A stretch of DNA of 64,000 nt from the NCBI GenBank assembly GCA_019058015.1, contig JAHLWH010000134.1, forward strand, positions 10,299-74,298. The letters run 5' to 3'. Source of the DNA: Promethearchaeota archaeon (GTDB taxonomy: Archaea > Asgardarchaeota > Lokiarchaeia > Sigyniarchaeales > SOKP01). Below are positions 1 through 9,261 of the stretch, piece after piece. How positions within the stretch are numbered: the stretch's first letter is position 1; each line of letters opens with the position of its first letter. Both the position numbers and the translations under genes were made by a program. The notes beneath the pieces were generated by a model. The model worked only from the letters and a program-made list of their open reading frames with translations. It searched no databases and was not told the DNA's origin.

Positions 1-455
1 ATCATTTTAAGGAACCAAATAGCGGGAGCGATCATTTCTATCAAGTGCTAGATTTTGTTGCAAAAGTAAAACCATCTGGAAAAACTAAATTAGAAGAAGC
101 AATGGATTTTATTAATAAAAGATTTCAAAAAAGGAGTTTAGTGTTCTTAATTACAGATTTAGAGCAAACTTCTGATGATGTTATAAAGGGAATTAAAAAA
201 ATTGTAATGTGGAAGCATTCTCTAGTGGTCATAAATCCATTCAGTCCTTGGTTTGAAATTCACGAGGTTGATTTATCTCCAAGTGATAAAGCTCTAGCTG
301 AAGCAATATCAGAAGAAATGATGGAACAAGTTTTAAAAATAAGACATAATGCGAGAACATTGGGGGTACCAATTATTAGTGTGGGCCCAGATGATATGAT
401 GTCTCAGATCCTAGCCCAATATTTAGAAGCAAAGAAAAAGGGGAAGGCGTATTAA
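1..455 (+). CDS. DUF58/vWA-like protein, C-terminal part (5' end outside the window)
   Basis: The frame is open back to nt 3 (..GSDHFYQVLDFVAKVKPSGKT). The pattern G-x-T-x-L .. RSLVFLITDL .. HSLVVINPFSPWFE resembles the C-terminal half of DUF58 proteins, which are usually MoxR-associated. Confidence 0.55.
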   Translation, partial: HFKEPNSGSDHFYQVLDFVAKVKPSGKTKLEEAMDFINKRFQKRSLVFLITDLEQTSDDVIKGIKKIVMWKHSLVVINPFSPWFEIHEVDLSPSDKALAEAISEEMMEQVLKIRHNARTLGVPIISVGPDDMMSQILAQYLEAKKKGKAY

Positions 456-1892
456 ATGGTGAGATGGTATCTAACAACATTAAAAGTTATAAATATTTTA
501 GTATTTTTTTGGATTTTAGCAATTTTTAATACAATTTTTGATCAGAGTTTAATTGATTTTGCTGCAGTAATAAATGTAATAACTTCTTTAAAAAATATTA
601 TCAGCTATTTGATTTTTGGATTACTTTATTTAGTCGCAGTAGGAATATCTATGATGGTAATTTTCTTGTTTTTATGGCACGGCCATTTTGATTCTTCTTT
701 TATGCGTAATTTTCTTGATAATTTATTTAAAGGTCTTTTAAACTCATGGTTTGCATTTCCAGAAGGACCAGTAGAATCCTTGGGCCAGATTCCAACCCGT
801 TTATTGAATCAAATTGAATTAATAACAGATGATATTTATAATGTATCATTTCAAATTTTATTTCTACTTCTAATTATTAATTTTATTAGATCTATACTTC
901 AAACAAATCCTAAATATAATTTCTGGGTAGTTGGGTGCCTTGTAGGAATGATTATAATTCCGCTATTCTTTGAAGGATTAAGAAACATGCTTGATTTATT
1001 TAATATTAGTATAGAATATTTAGATGCTCTTCCAAATCCGCTCTTTCCATCTATTCTTGAAAGACCGGTTAATGACTTTATAGCTTTTATTTTTAGTTCT
1101 ATTTCTCAATTGGCACTTGCTCTATATATTTATCTAGATCTCTCCTTTCAAATAAATTATACAAATATAGTATCGATGCCTTCATTAGAAAGAACTGAAA
1201 GATTGGAATTTCAATTAGAAGTATTAAATAAAGAAGCTTTGGAGATTACAACAAATATTGAACAGATTAAAGAAGAAAGTAAAAAGAAAAAGGAAGAATT
1301 GGGAATTGAAAAGGGAGAAAAAATTACTACTTTTTTAGGAAAGAAGGAACAAAAATTCTCATATGTAAAGGAGATGATATTAAAAAAGAAATTAGAAGAG
1401 GAGGAAAAGAAACTGATTTCTGCTGCTCATGATACAAGGCGATTAGGGAGTTATATAGAAAGATTGTTTGTAGAAGATTCAGAAGCACGAGATACACTCA
1501 CAGCTACAAGTTCTGCACCAAGACCTTCTAAACTCATCGTTTCAACTCTCACCAGTTTTTTTATTAGGGTAATTGCATTAATCTTTATTAGTTTTATTAT
1601 TCTCCATACTTCTTGGTTAATTATTTCAGTTTTGAATTTACCGGAGGCTATATCAGGAAGCGTTGCAATGTTCTCACCGGAAATAATACTTGTTGTAATG
1701 TTGCCAATTATATTACTTTTCCCTATAAGTGCTCAAATAATATCTTATGTTAAAAAGCGAGCCCTCATTAGTCAATTAAAGGAAGAAAGAGAAATAAAAG
1801 AAATTGAAGCTACTGTTGGAGATTATCTAGTCTCTACAGAACAGGAAAAGAGTGAAATCGTCGAAGAAGAGGGAGAGGTTTCAATCACATAA
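456..1892 (+). CDS. multi-pass membrane protein with a central Lys/Glu-rich coiled-coil segment, function unknown
   Basis: TAAATG junction with the upstream gene. Two blocks of hydrophobic helices flank a charged segment (KEESKKKKEELGIEKGEK..KKKLEEEEKK). No recognisable catalytic motif. Confidence 0.5.
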   Translation: MVRWYLTTLKVINILVFFWILAIFNTIFDQSLIDFAAVINVITSLKNIISYLIFGLLYLVAVGISMMVIFLFLWHGHFDSSFMRNFLDNLFKGLLNSWFAFPEGPVESLGQIPTRLLNQIELITDDIYNVSFQILFLLLIINFIRSILQTNPKYNFWVVGCLVGMIIIPLFFEGLRNMLDLFNISIEYLDALPNPLFPSILERPVNDFIAFIFSSISQLALALYIYLDLSFQINYTNIVSMPSLERTERLEFQLEVLNKEALEITTNIEQIKEESKKKKEELGIEKGEKITTFLGKKEQKFSYVKEMILKKKLEEEEKKLISAAHDTRRLGSYIERLFVEDSEARDTLTATSSAPRPSKLIVSTLTSFFIRVIALIFISFIILHTSWLIISVLNLPEAISGSVAMFSPEIILVVMLPIILLFPISAQIISYVKKRALISQLKEEREIKEIEATVGDYLVSTEQEKSEIVEEEGEVSIT

Positions 1893-1899
1893 TAACTTT

Positions 1900-2847
1900 T
1901 CATATGTCTAAATTTAGAATATATTTTGCTAATGCTACTTTTTTTTTTAAATTTATCATAAAAATATCATATAAATAGGTTTTAATTCCAAGGTTTTCAA
2001 TTTTTGAAGTAAATTTTTCATCTCTTATGTCAATGATAAAATGTCCTAAAAAATCTGCATAATATTTTGCTATTCCAAAAGAAGATACTTCAAGATTTAA
2101 AGCTTTCATTAATTTATCTGTAGGACCTTTCACTGGAGCACCTTTTATTAAAGGACTAACTCCAATTACCTTATTTTTCACTCTCTTTAAGGTATCTCTT
2201 ATCCCCTTTACCTCTAAAATAGGTTTAATTGATACAATTGGATTTGATGGACAAATAATAATTTTCTTAGCCTTTTCAATTTTCTTTAACACACCTTTTA
2301 CTGGTTCGGCTTTTTTTATTCCATTAAAAATTACATTTTTAACTGGAATATTCGTTTTATATTTTATGAAATATTCTTCAAAATGAATATCTCCACGCGG
2401 TGTTATTATATGAGTTTCCACCCATGTATCAGTCATAGGTATAATCTCGCATTTAACTCCTAATCTATCGCATATCTTTTTTGTAGCTTCTGACTTAGAA
2501 AATCCTTTTGACATTAAATCTGTTCTAAAGATGTGTGTTGCAGCATCCTTATCTCCAATGTTAAACCAATTAAAACCATAATATTTTTTTAAAATATTTA
2601 AACAGGTAAAACTCTCATCTTTAAATCCCCACCCCTTATTCTCATCTACTACATTTGCTACTGTATAAGTTATAATGTCGATATCAGGACAGATTTTTAG
2701 CCCAAATAACTCAATATCATCTCCAGTATTGACGATAATTTGAAAATTTTCTTGAGGTAAAATTTCAATTAAACCTCGTATTAACCGTGCTGCACCTATT
2801 CCACCCGCTAAGACTAATATTTTTGAATTTTCCAGCATATTATCCAC
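1900..2847 (-). CDS. cofD: 2-phospho-L-lactate transferase (LPPG:FO transferase, CofD family)
   Basis: N-terminal ILVLAGGIGAARLIRGL loop. 315 aa with overall CofD/UPF0052-like pattern. Co-directional with cofE two genes away. Confidence 0.85.
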   Translation of the reverse strand: MDNMLENSKILVLAGGIGAARLIRGLIEILPQENFQIIVNTGDDIELFGLKICPDIDIITYTVANVVDENKGWGFKDESFTCLNILKKYYGFNWFNIGDKDAATHIFRTDLMSKGFSKSEATKKICDRLGVKCEIIPMTDTWVETHIITPRGDIHFEEYFIKYKTNIPVKNVIFNGIKKAEPVKGVLKKIEKAKKIIICPSNPIVSIKPILEVKGIRDTLKRVKNKVIGVSPLIKGAPVKGPTDKLMKALNLEVSSFGIAKYYADFLGHFIIDIRDEKFTSKIENLGIKTYLYDIFMINLKKKVALAKYILNLDI

Positions 2848-2861
2848 ATTAATTTTTTATT

Positions 2862-3479
2862 TTACATAAAATTTGAGCTAATAAATAGAATCTTTTTAAG
2901 TGGTTGGCGAATAGGAGGTTTAATTTCTTTTTTTTTTGGGTAGCCAACAGTAATAAATGCTATGGGATAATAAGTTTTAGGTAGATTTAATATAGATAAG
3001 ACTATTTCTCTTGTAAATAAAGGCGCTGAATACCAGCAAGAAGCTAATCCATACTTTTGAAATGAAATAAGTAAATATGTAATTGAACTAGCTACACTTA
3101 AATTTCCTAAGATAAATTCATTCTTATTACGTTCATTATCTGGATATATATACAATACAGATGAATCCATACATGAAAGGATCAAAAATGGAGAATTTAA
3201 GAACTGTTCTCTAGTTAATTTAATTTTTATATCAATTTCTTCTTCTGATTTACTATTTTTCTTAAAGTCTTTCCTCAATTTTTCATTCATTTTATCCACT
3301 AGAGTTAATCGTTGTTCCTTATTATCGATAATAATGTAACGCCATGGCTGACAGTTATGTGCTGAAGGGGCCCATTGAGAAATCTCTATACATTCCTCTA
3401 TTATTCTCTTTTCCACCTCTTTTTTTTCAAAAGAAAATTTATAACTCCTTCTATTTTTTAATGCATTTATAATTTCCAT
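2862..3479 (-). CDS. nitroreductase-superfamily flavoprotein (FbiB C-terminal-domain-like candidate)
   Basis: NRRSYKF and WAPSAHNCQPWRYIII motifs of the nitroreductase fold. Wedged between cofE and cofD with 5-nt and 14-nt gaps. Confidence 0.75.
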   Translation of the reverse strand: MEIINALKNRRSYKFSFEKKEVEKRIIEECIEISQWAPSAHNCQPWRYIIIDNKEQRLTLVDKMNEKLRKDFKKNSKSEEEIDIKIKLTREQFLNSPFLILSCMDSSVLYIYPDNERNKNEFILGNLSVASSITYLLISFQKYGLASCWYSAPLFTREIVLSILNLPKTYYPIAFITVGYPKKKEIKPPIRQPLKKILFISSNFM

Positions 3480-3484
3480 AAAAA

Positions 3485-4285
3485 TTAACTCCTAAAAATA
3501 TCAAATTTATCTTCTCTTAAAATAGATGTTATAGAAGCATGTTCTTCTATAATATAATCATAACCTCTAATAATCACTACTGGAATTCCTTCATTACTTT
3601 CACCCATTACTAACTGTGCAGCGGATACCAAATTATCTGCCTGTCCTATTATTGTTGTTTGTAATTTATACCCATATAAATCCATGCAACCTCGTTTATC
3701 TAAAATAGGTTTCATTCCAGCAATACCAATTGCAACTCCTACAGTCCCAACTCTAAAAGGTCTTCCAAAAGAATCTGAAATGATTACTGCTACTTCTCTA
3801 TTAGATAATTCTTTAAGTTCTTTTCTTATTCTCATAGCATCCTCATCCGGATTTTCTGGAAGTAAAGTAACATTGTCAATCCCCTCAACATTTGATTTAT
3901 CTATTCCAGCATTAGCACATATAAATCCTTGATGTTTTGTTTCAACTATTAACACATGCTCAACTTTAAGTATTTCTTTCGATTCTTCTAATATTGCCTG
4001 AATTAATTCAGGAGATTTTATTGAAATTCCAGCTCTTTCTACCTTAGGTTTCATCCGTTTATATATTTCAATAGCTTTTTTACTAGGTACAATCTCATTT
4101 AAGTTTCTAATACGCCCATTACTCTTCGAAATAATTGATTGAGATATAATAATAACATCCTTATCCTTTAAGGACATATAGTTTTTCTTTAGTGATTCTA
4201 TTATTATTGTCGAAATATTATCTCCTTCTTTTATAAAAGGAATATCTTGAACCCCAATTATCTCAATTTGATTTTTTGATATCAT
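3485..4285 (-). CDS. cofE: coenzyme F420-0:L-glutamate ligase (CofE family)
   Basis: ANAGIDKSNV motif, KEGDNISTIII..DVIIISQSIISKSNGR, and SDSFGRPFRVGTVGVAIG. All are typical of CofE. Confidence 0.85.
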   Translation of the reverse strand: MISKNQIEIIGVQDIPFIKEGDNISTIIIESLKKNYMSLKDKDVIIISQSIISKSNGRIRNLNEIVPSKKAIEIYKRMKPKVERAGISIKSPELIQAILEESKEILKVEHVLIVETKHQGFICANAGIDKSNVEGIDNVTLLPENPDEDAMRIRKELKELSNREVAVIISDSFGRPFRVGTVGVAIGIAGMKPILDKRGCMDLYGYKLQTTIIGQADNLVSAAQLVMGESNEGIPVVIIRGYDYIIEEHASITSILREDKFDIFRS

Positions 4286-4301
4286 TCTAAATCATTTATT
4301 C

Positions 4302-5366
4302 TTATGAATTTTGATATTTTTTAATTTCTTTATCTGAACTTTTAGAAAATTTTTCAAATTTTACTGGAATTGCACAACATGCAGAATAAAATTTGAATGA
4401 AATTCCAGGATAACTTTCTTTTACCCAAATTAAAGTTTTTTTGGAAGGAATTTCAATTCTATTTACTCCTGCTTGAATTGCATATTTCTCAATTTTAAAT
4501 TTAAATGAACCTCTCGGGCGCATACAACCTAATGAAATTTCTGTATTAGGAAAAATTAATCTAGTTAAAGTTATAATCTTTGCAATATCGATTGGATTTG
4601 GTGTGACAAATCTTTCATTTATATCCTCTAAAGATCTGGGAGGAATTAATGCAATTAATACAATTACTGAAGGATTAATAATATTTTGTTTTATAAATTT
4701 AATAGATTCAATTTCTTTATGAAGTCTCCCATAAAATAGCCCAATACAAATATGAGGAACTATATTTAAATTATACTTTTTTAAAATTTGAACAGCCTCT
4801 TTATAATCTTCTAAATTCTTATTCAAATGATAAATATTTTGGATAATCTCCTCATCCATATTTATATCAAATGATATAATATCAACATTAGAATCTGTCA
4901 ATTTTTTTGCCGTTTCCTCATTTAACAATCCAGTATGTGTATTTATAATTAAATTAGTCTCATTTTTTACTTTTTTAATCACATCTAAAAAATCCTTTAA
5001 AGGGACCGCCCCTTCTTCATCACAACCCCCAGAAATTAAAGCCCCTACACCATTATTTTTTGAGTGATTAAGCAAGAATTTTTCTAATTTATCTGAATTT
5101 TGAATTTTTTTCATTCCTTCTAAATATTTTTTATTACAATGTTCACATTCTAAAGCACACTTATTTCCTGTTATACTTATAGCCGGAAATCTTTTACTCG
5201 GTGTATATATTTTAAGTTGATTTCCAAAATTTTGAATCGAAATTTCATGAGAAAGATCAAAAAAAGCTTCTAAATCGTTTTCCTTTAATTGTAAAAAATT
5301 ATAATAATCATCCCATGAGGCATTTCCCACCTTAATTTTATTAAATAATTGCTGGATTTTATTCAT
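4302..5366 (-). CDS. radical SAM protein (candidate LipS-type lipoyl synthase component)
   Basis: CALECEHC (CxxxCxxC) cluster motif and SGGCDEEG. Overlaps the stop of the lipoate-ligase gene by 8 nt. Confidence 0.6.
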   Translation of the reverse strand: MNKIQQLFNKIKVGNASWDDYYNFLQLKENDLEAFFDLSHEISIQNFGNQLKIYTPSKRFPAISITGNKCALECEHCNKKYLEGMKKIQNSDKLEKFLLNHSKNNGVGALISGGCDEEGAVPLKDFLDVIKKVKNETNLIINTHTGLLNEETAKKLTDSNVDIISFDINMDEEIIQNIYHLNKNLEDYKEAVQILKKYNLNIVPHICIGLFYGRLHKEIESIKFIKQNIINPSVIVLIALIPPRSLEDINERFVTPNPIDIAKIITLTRLIFPNTEISLGCMRPRGSFKFKIEKYAIQAGVNRIEIPSKKTLIWVKESYPGISFKFYSACCAIPVKFEKFSKSSDKEIKKYQNS

Positions 5367-6138
5367 ATTTGTATAACCATTTATCCGTACTATATTTCTC
5401 TTTTATTAATTTTTCTGCTAATTCCAATTCATATTTTGAAAATTTTCCCTTCTCCAATTTTATTCCTAAAGTTGTTTCAAAACCATTAATAAGATAAGAA
5501 ATAAATTCATTTTCATCAAAATTTTGAATTTGTTCTTCTATACCAATTACTTTAGCATATACTGAAGCCACCATCTTTTTAGTAGGAACATTTTTTGGAG
5601 CTTTTAATACAGAGTACATCAACTCAGGATTTATTTTTAATAATATCGTTCCATGTTGTAATAAATATCCACTTCTTCTAACTTGTGCATTTCCGGAGAT
5701 CTTTTTTCCATCTAAAAAGATCGCAGGGCAATGTATAACTCCTTTATCAGATCCTAATTGATAATTACTAAGAGCTTCAATTATCCCTTGAGTAATAATC
5801 TCATATTGTTCTATCATTCTTATAAATCCCTTTTCCTCTAAAAATTTTAATGGACATACAACTGAATAAGTTATTTCTCCTTTAAAATCATGAAAAACCG
5901 CACCCCCTCCAGTTATCCTTCTTACTATATTAAATTTTTTCTCTTTAGCAACAGTTATATTAACCTCATCTGAAACACTCTGATGATATCCAATCGTTAT
6001 TGTAGAAGGATCCCATTTAAATAAACGAATCGTGTTTGGAGTTTTTTTTTCAATACAAGATTGTAATATTGACTCATCTAAAGCCATATTCCAATAACCA
6101 TCTCTGATTTCTAATGGTAAAAATCTCCAAATATTCAT
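5359..6138 (-). CDS. lplA: lipoate/octanoate-protein ligase (BPL/LplA/LipB family)
   Basis: RRITGGGAVFHD and GKKISGNAQ (catalytic Lys) motifs. N-terminal WNMALDESIL pattern. Confidence 0.8.
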   Translation of the reverse strand: MNIWRFLPLEIRDGYWNMALDESILQSCIEKKTPNTIRLFKWDPSTITIGYHQSVSDEVNITVAKEKKFNIVRRITGGGAVFHDFKGEITYSVVCPLKFLEEKGFIRMIEQYEIITQGIIEALSNYQLGSDKGVIHCPAIFLDGKKISGNAQVRRSGYLLQHGTILLKINPELMYSVLKAPKNVPTKKMVASVYAKVIGIEEQIQNFDENEFISYLINGFETTLGIKLEKGKFSKYELELAEKLIKEKYSTDKWLYKYE

Positions 6139-6155
6139 AATATCACTCTTAATGA

Positions 6156-7172
6156 TTAATTTACAAATCTCTCTAGTAATTTATATATTTCTTTTTTCTC
6201 AAAGAAATTTATTTCCCGTGGATAATTATAAATTGGTCCTGAAGGCTTAGAAGTATAATAAGGACGATTGCAACCTGGACATCCGGTAGTCCTGAAAGCC
6301 TCACTCTCATCAACAAAATTTCTTAATTCTTTCTTATTTAAATTAAAATATATTATATCTCCTTTTTGATTAAATGTAAAATCATCTAATTTCTTGTAAT
6401 CATTTATGAGTAAATATCTACCTAATTGTATTTTTCTAAAGTGATTTATATCTGGCTGGATCATATTCTCAAATTTTGTTCCTTCAATAGGTGTAAATGC
6501 AAATAATCCGGGTAAAATAGACAACTCATGCAATTCTGCAATTAATTTTAATGTTTCTTTCTGAGTTTCACCAAAACCAATTATTATATGAGTGCTTACA
6601 AGTTCTTTTCCAAAAACATCCAAGGCATCTCTTAAACTATCAAAATGAGAACGCCAAAAATACGAACCGTTAACTCCTATTCCCTTAATTTTTTCGAAAA
6701 TTTCTTTTGTTACGCCATCTAATGCTATTCCCACTCTTTGTACTCCACATAACTTTAAATCCTTTAATTCATCTTTAGATATTGGAGGTATTGCCACAGA
6801 TATTGGTATATTGGTAACTTTTCTAATCCCAGATATAATTTCAATCAAGTCTTGTAAATTCTCGGCATAATTAAGCGTTTGAACACATATTCTCTGAAAT
6901 TTTTTTAAAGAAGCAGCATATTTTAATTTGGTTAAAAAATCCTTAAAGGGAAAAATTGGCCAATTGATACGTGATAATTTATCATTTGAACTAGTTGCAT
7001 TTCTTGCTTGAGGACAAAAACCACAATTTGCAATGCATTTTCCTTTCTTGTAAGTCATACTATAAACCGTAGTTGGAGGGGTCTCGAGCTTTATGGAAGT
7101 AAATCCTAAAATCGTGGCGCTACCAATAGAAACTCTAATTTTTTCAATCGTCATAGAATATTTTAAAATCAA
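6156..7172 (-). CDS. radical SAM protein (candidate LipS-type lipoyl synthase component)
   Basis: CIANCGFC (CxxxCxxC) motif. First gene of a co-directional rSAM-ligase-rSAM array. Confidence 0.6.
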   Translation of the reverse strand: MILKYSMTIEKIRVSIGSATILGFTSIKLETPPTTVYSMTYKKGKCIANCGFCPQARNATSSNDKLSRINWPIFPFKDFLTKLKYAASLKKFQRICVQTLNYAENLQDLIEIISGIRKVTNIPISVAIPPISKDELKDLKLCGVQRVGIALDGVTKEIFEKIKGIGVNGSYFWRSHFDSLRDALDVFGKELVSTHIIIGFGETQKETLKLIAELHELSILPGLFAFTPIEGTKFENMIQPDINHFRKIQLGRYLLINDYKKLDDFTFNQKGDIIYFNLNKKELRNFVDESEAFRTTGCPGCNRPYYTSKPSGPIYNYPREINFFEKKEIYKLLERFVN

Positions 7173-7206
7173 ATAATTATATTAATTTAAAAATAGTATT
7201 AAGTAA

Positions 7207-8319
7207 ATGAAAAAAATTATGGAAAAACCTCTGAATATCATCTTTATCGAAAATTTTCATATCTATAAAAAATACACCAAAGTTAAAACTGTAGGTGGCA
7301 TAGAAACAAATACTTGGGATGTTATCAATTCATTAAGAAATAAGGGCCATAACGTATGGGTTCCGAGTGAGAATAAATCTCCACCAAAATGGGTTCAAAA
7401 AAATGAAGTAGATGTAATTTCTAGTTCTACATTTGATCCCTTAACTGCATGGCAATTGTATAAGATGAAAAAAAAACACAATGCTACAGTTATCCAACAT
7501 GCACATACAACAGTTGAAGATTTAGAAGGCGGATTTTTACCTAATATGAAAATTTGGGCAAAATTAACTCGAATATACCTTAAATATTTATATAACGTGT
7601 CACATTTAATAATAACTCCATCAGAATTTTCTAAAAATTCAATAAAGAAGCTAAATTTAAAGAAAAAACCACCAATATATGCAGTTAGTAATGGAGTTAA
7701 ATTTGAAAAATTTAAAGAAAAAAAGGAATATCGAGAAAATTTTAGAAAATTTTTAAATGAAAGATATAATGTTCCAATTGATGCCAAAATCATTCTAAAT
7801 GTAGGTTTTACTTGGAGAAGAAAAGGAGTTGATGAATTTTATAAATGCGCAAAAGATTTATTAGATTATTGGTTTGTTTGGGTAGGACCAATAAAAGAAA
7901 ATTTCTATGTAAAACAAGCTTCTTCGCTGGAAAATTGTATTTTTACAGGATATTATGATAATATTTGTGAGCCTTATTATGGGGCTGATGTTCTTTTATT
8001 CCCCTCATATGTAGAAAATCAAGGGATTCCTCTCATGGAAGCTGCAGTTTGTAAATTACCAATTGTAGCCCGTGATATAGAACCATTTAATTGGTTAGTC
8101 CATAACGAGTCTTGTTATAAAGCAAATCATCATAGTGAATTTATAACAGGAATTGAAATGATTCTACATGATTCAGCTTTTAGAAATAAAATAATTAAAA
8201 ATGCTTATATATCAACTGATAAACTGCATAACTTTAAAAAAATTGGCGATAAAATTGAATACTTATACAAAAGAGCAATAAAAATAAAAACTCTCCATCT
8301 TAAAAGAATCAGTAATTAA
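7207..8319 (+). CDS. glycosyltransferase, GT-B fold (GT4-like)
   Basis: C-terminal LLFPSYVENQGIPLMEAAVCKLPIVARDI (E-x7-E-type sugar-donor region). Confidence 0.75.
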   Translation: MKKIMEKPLNIIFIENFHIYKKYTKVKTVGGIETNTWDVINSLRNKGHNVWVPSENKSPPKWVQKNEVDVISSSTFDPLTAWQLYKMKKKHNATVIQHAHTTVEDLEGGFLPNMKIWAKLTRIYLKYLYNVSHLIITPSEFSKNSIKKLNLKKKPPIYAVSNGVKFEKFKEKKEYRENFRKFLNERYNVPIDAKIILNVGFTWRRKGVDEFYKCAKDLLDYWFVWVGPIKENFYVKQASSLENCIFTGYYDNICEPYYGADVLLFPSYVENQGIPLMEAAVCKLPIVARDIEPFNWLVHNESCYKANHHSEFITGIEMILHDSAFRNKIIKNAYISTDKLHNFKKIGDKIEYLYKRAIKIKTLHLKRISN

Positions 8320-8324
8320 TTTTT

Positions 8325-8789
8325 TTATAAAACCAGTTCCATAAAAATTGCACCTTCCACGGGATTGTATCTATACGGTTTAATATTTTTAAAACCTAAT
8401 GAACGATAAAGTGCTATTGCCTCTATCATTGAAGGAATTGTATCAAGTCGCATATAATTATAACTCATATTTTGAGCTTTTTCAATAATTTTTATCATTA
8501 ATCTTCTGCCTATTCCTCTTTTTCGAAATTCTGGTCGTACATATAATCTTTTCATTTCACACATACCTTTAGTAATCTTTCTTAATGCCGCACATCCAAC
8601 TATCTGCTTTTTTTCTTTAGCTAGAAGCAAGCAACCATTCGGTAAAGTATATTCTCCTGGAAGTGCTGCTAATTCTCTCTCAAAATCTTGAAATTCTAAA
8701 TTAAAATCTAACCATGATGCATATTCTTTAAAAAGCTCTCTTATAATATTTAGATCTTCTTCAGTTTTTACAGAAGAAATTTTAACCAT
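8325..8789 (-). CDS. GNAT-family N-acetyltransferase
   Basis: RPEFRKRGIGRRLM acetyl-CoA binding motif. 154 aa. Confidence 0.85.
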   Translation of the reverse strand: MVKISSVKTEEDLNIIRELFKEYASWLDFNLEFQDFERELAALPGEYTLPNGCLLLAKEKKQIVGCAALRKITKGMCEMKRLYVRPEFRKRGIGRRLMIKIIEKAQNMSYNYMRLDTIPSMIEAIALYRSLGFKNIKPYRYNPVEGAIFMELVL

Positions 8790-9261
8790 GATTAATTATT
8801 AGTATAATTTATTTTAAGAAGTTAAAAATTAGCTTTTATAAAAATCTAATTATGAAAGAAAGAAGAACTAATAAAAATAAAAAACGAAAATTGAGCATTT
8901 CAAAAAATAATTCCATATATATTCTAAATCTATGCCCTTTTCTGTAGATATTATGATAATCTTTAAAAGTAGTGATTATAATATCTATCATAATGTCTCT
9001 CTTAATGAATAAAGTACAAAATGCATTGTTATTTGTATTACTCTTAGTAGTAGTACTCTCATTAGTACTCTAATTCGAGAGAGAACGAACCTGAGCCTTT
9101 TTTTAAATCTAATTTCCTTGGATTTGTTCTTTCTTAATCTCCAGCAAATATTTTTAGAATTAAAGCTCAAAGGTTCGAAAAAGCATTGAAAAAAAGAATT
9201 CATAAAATTGAAAAAATATAGAAAATTTAATTAGAAGTAATAGAATGGAATAAAAGGAATT

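Noticed and set aside
8853-8948. Short basic ORF (MKERRTNKNKKRKLSISKNNSIYILNLCPFL) in the same spacer.
   Set aside because: No recognisable small-protein family. The composition is simply A-rich DNA. No evidence of expression.
8988-9203. A 71-aa ORF and an imperfect inverted repeat (cgaacctgagc at about 9078-9090 versus gctcaaaggttcg at about 9164-9176), followed by a T7 run, in the 472-bp spacer upstream of leuS. Considered as a possible small structured RNA.
   Set aside because: The ORF translation is not protein-like. I found no C/D or H/ACA boxes and no convincing extended structure by hand. It cannot be supported without covariance or expression data.
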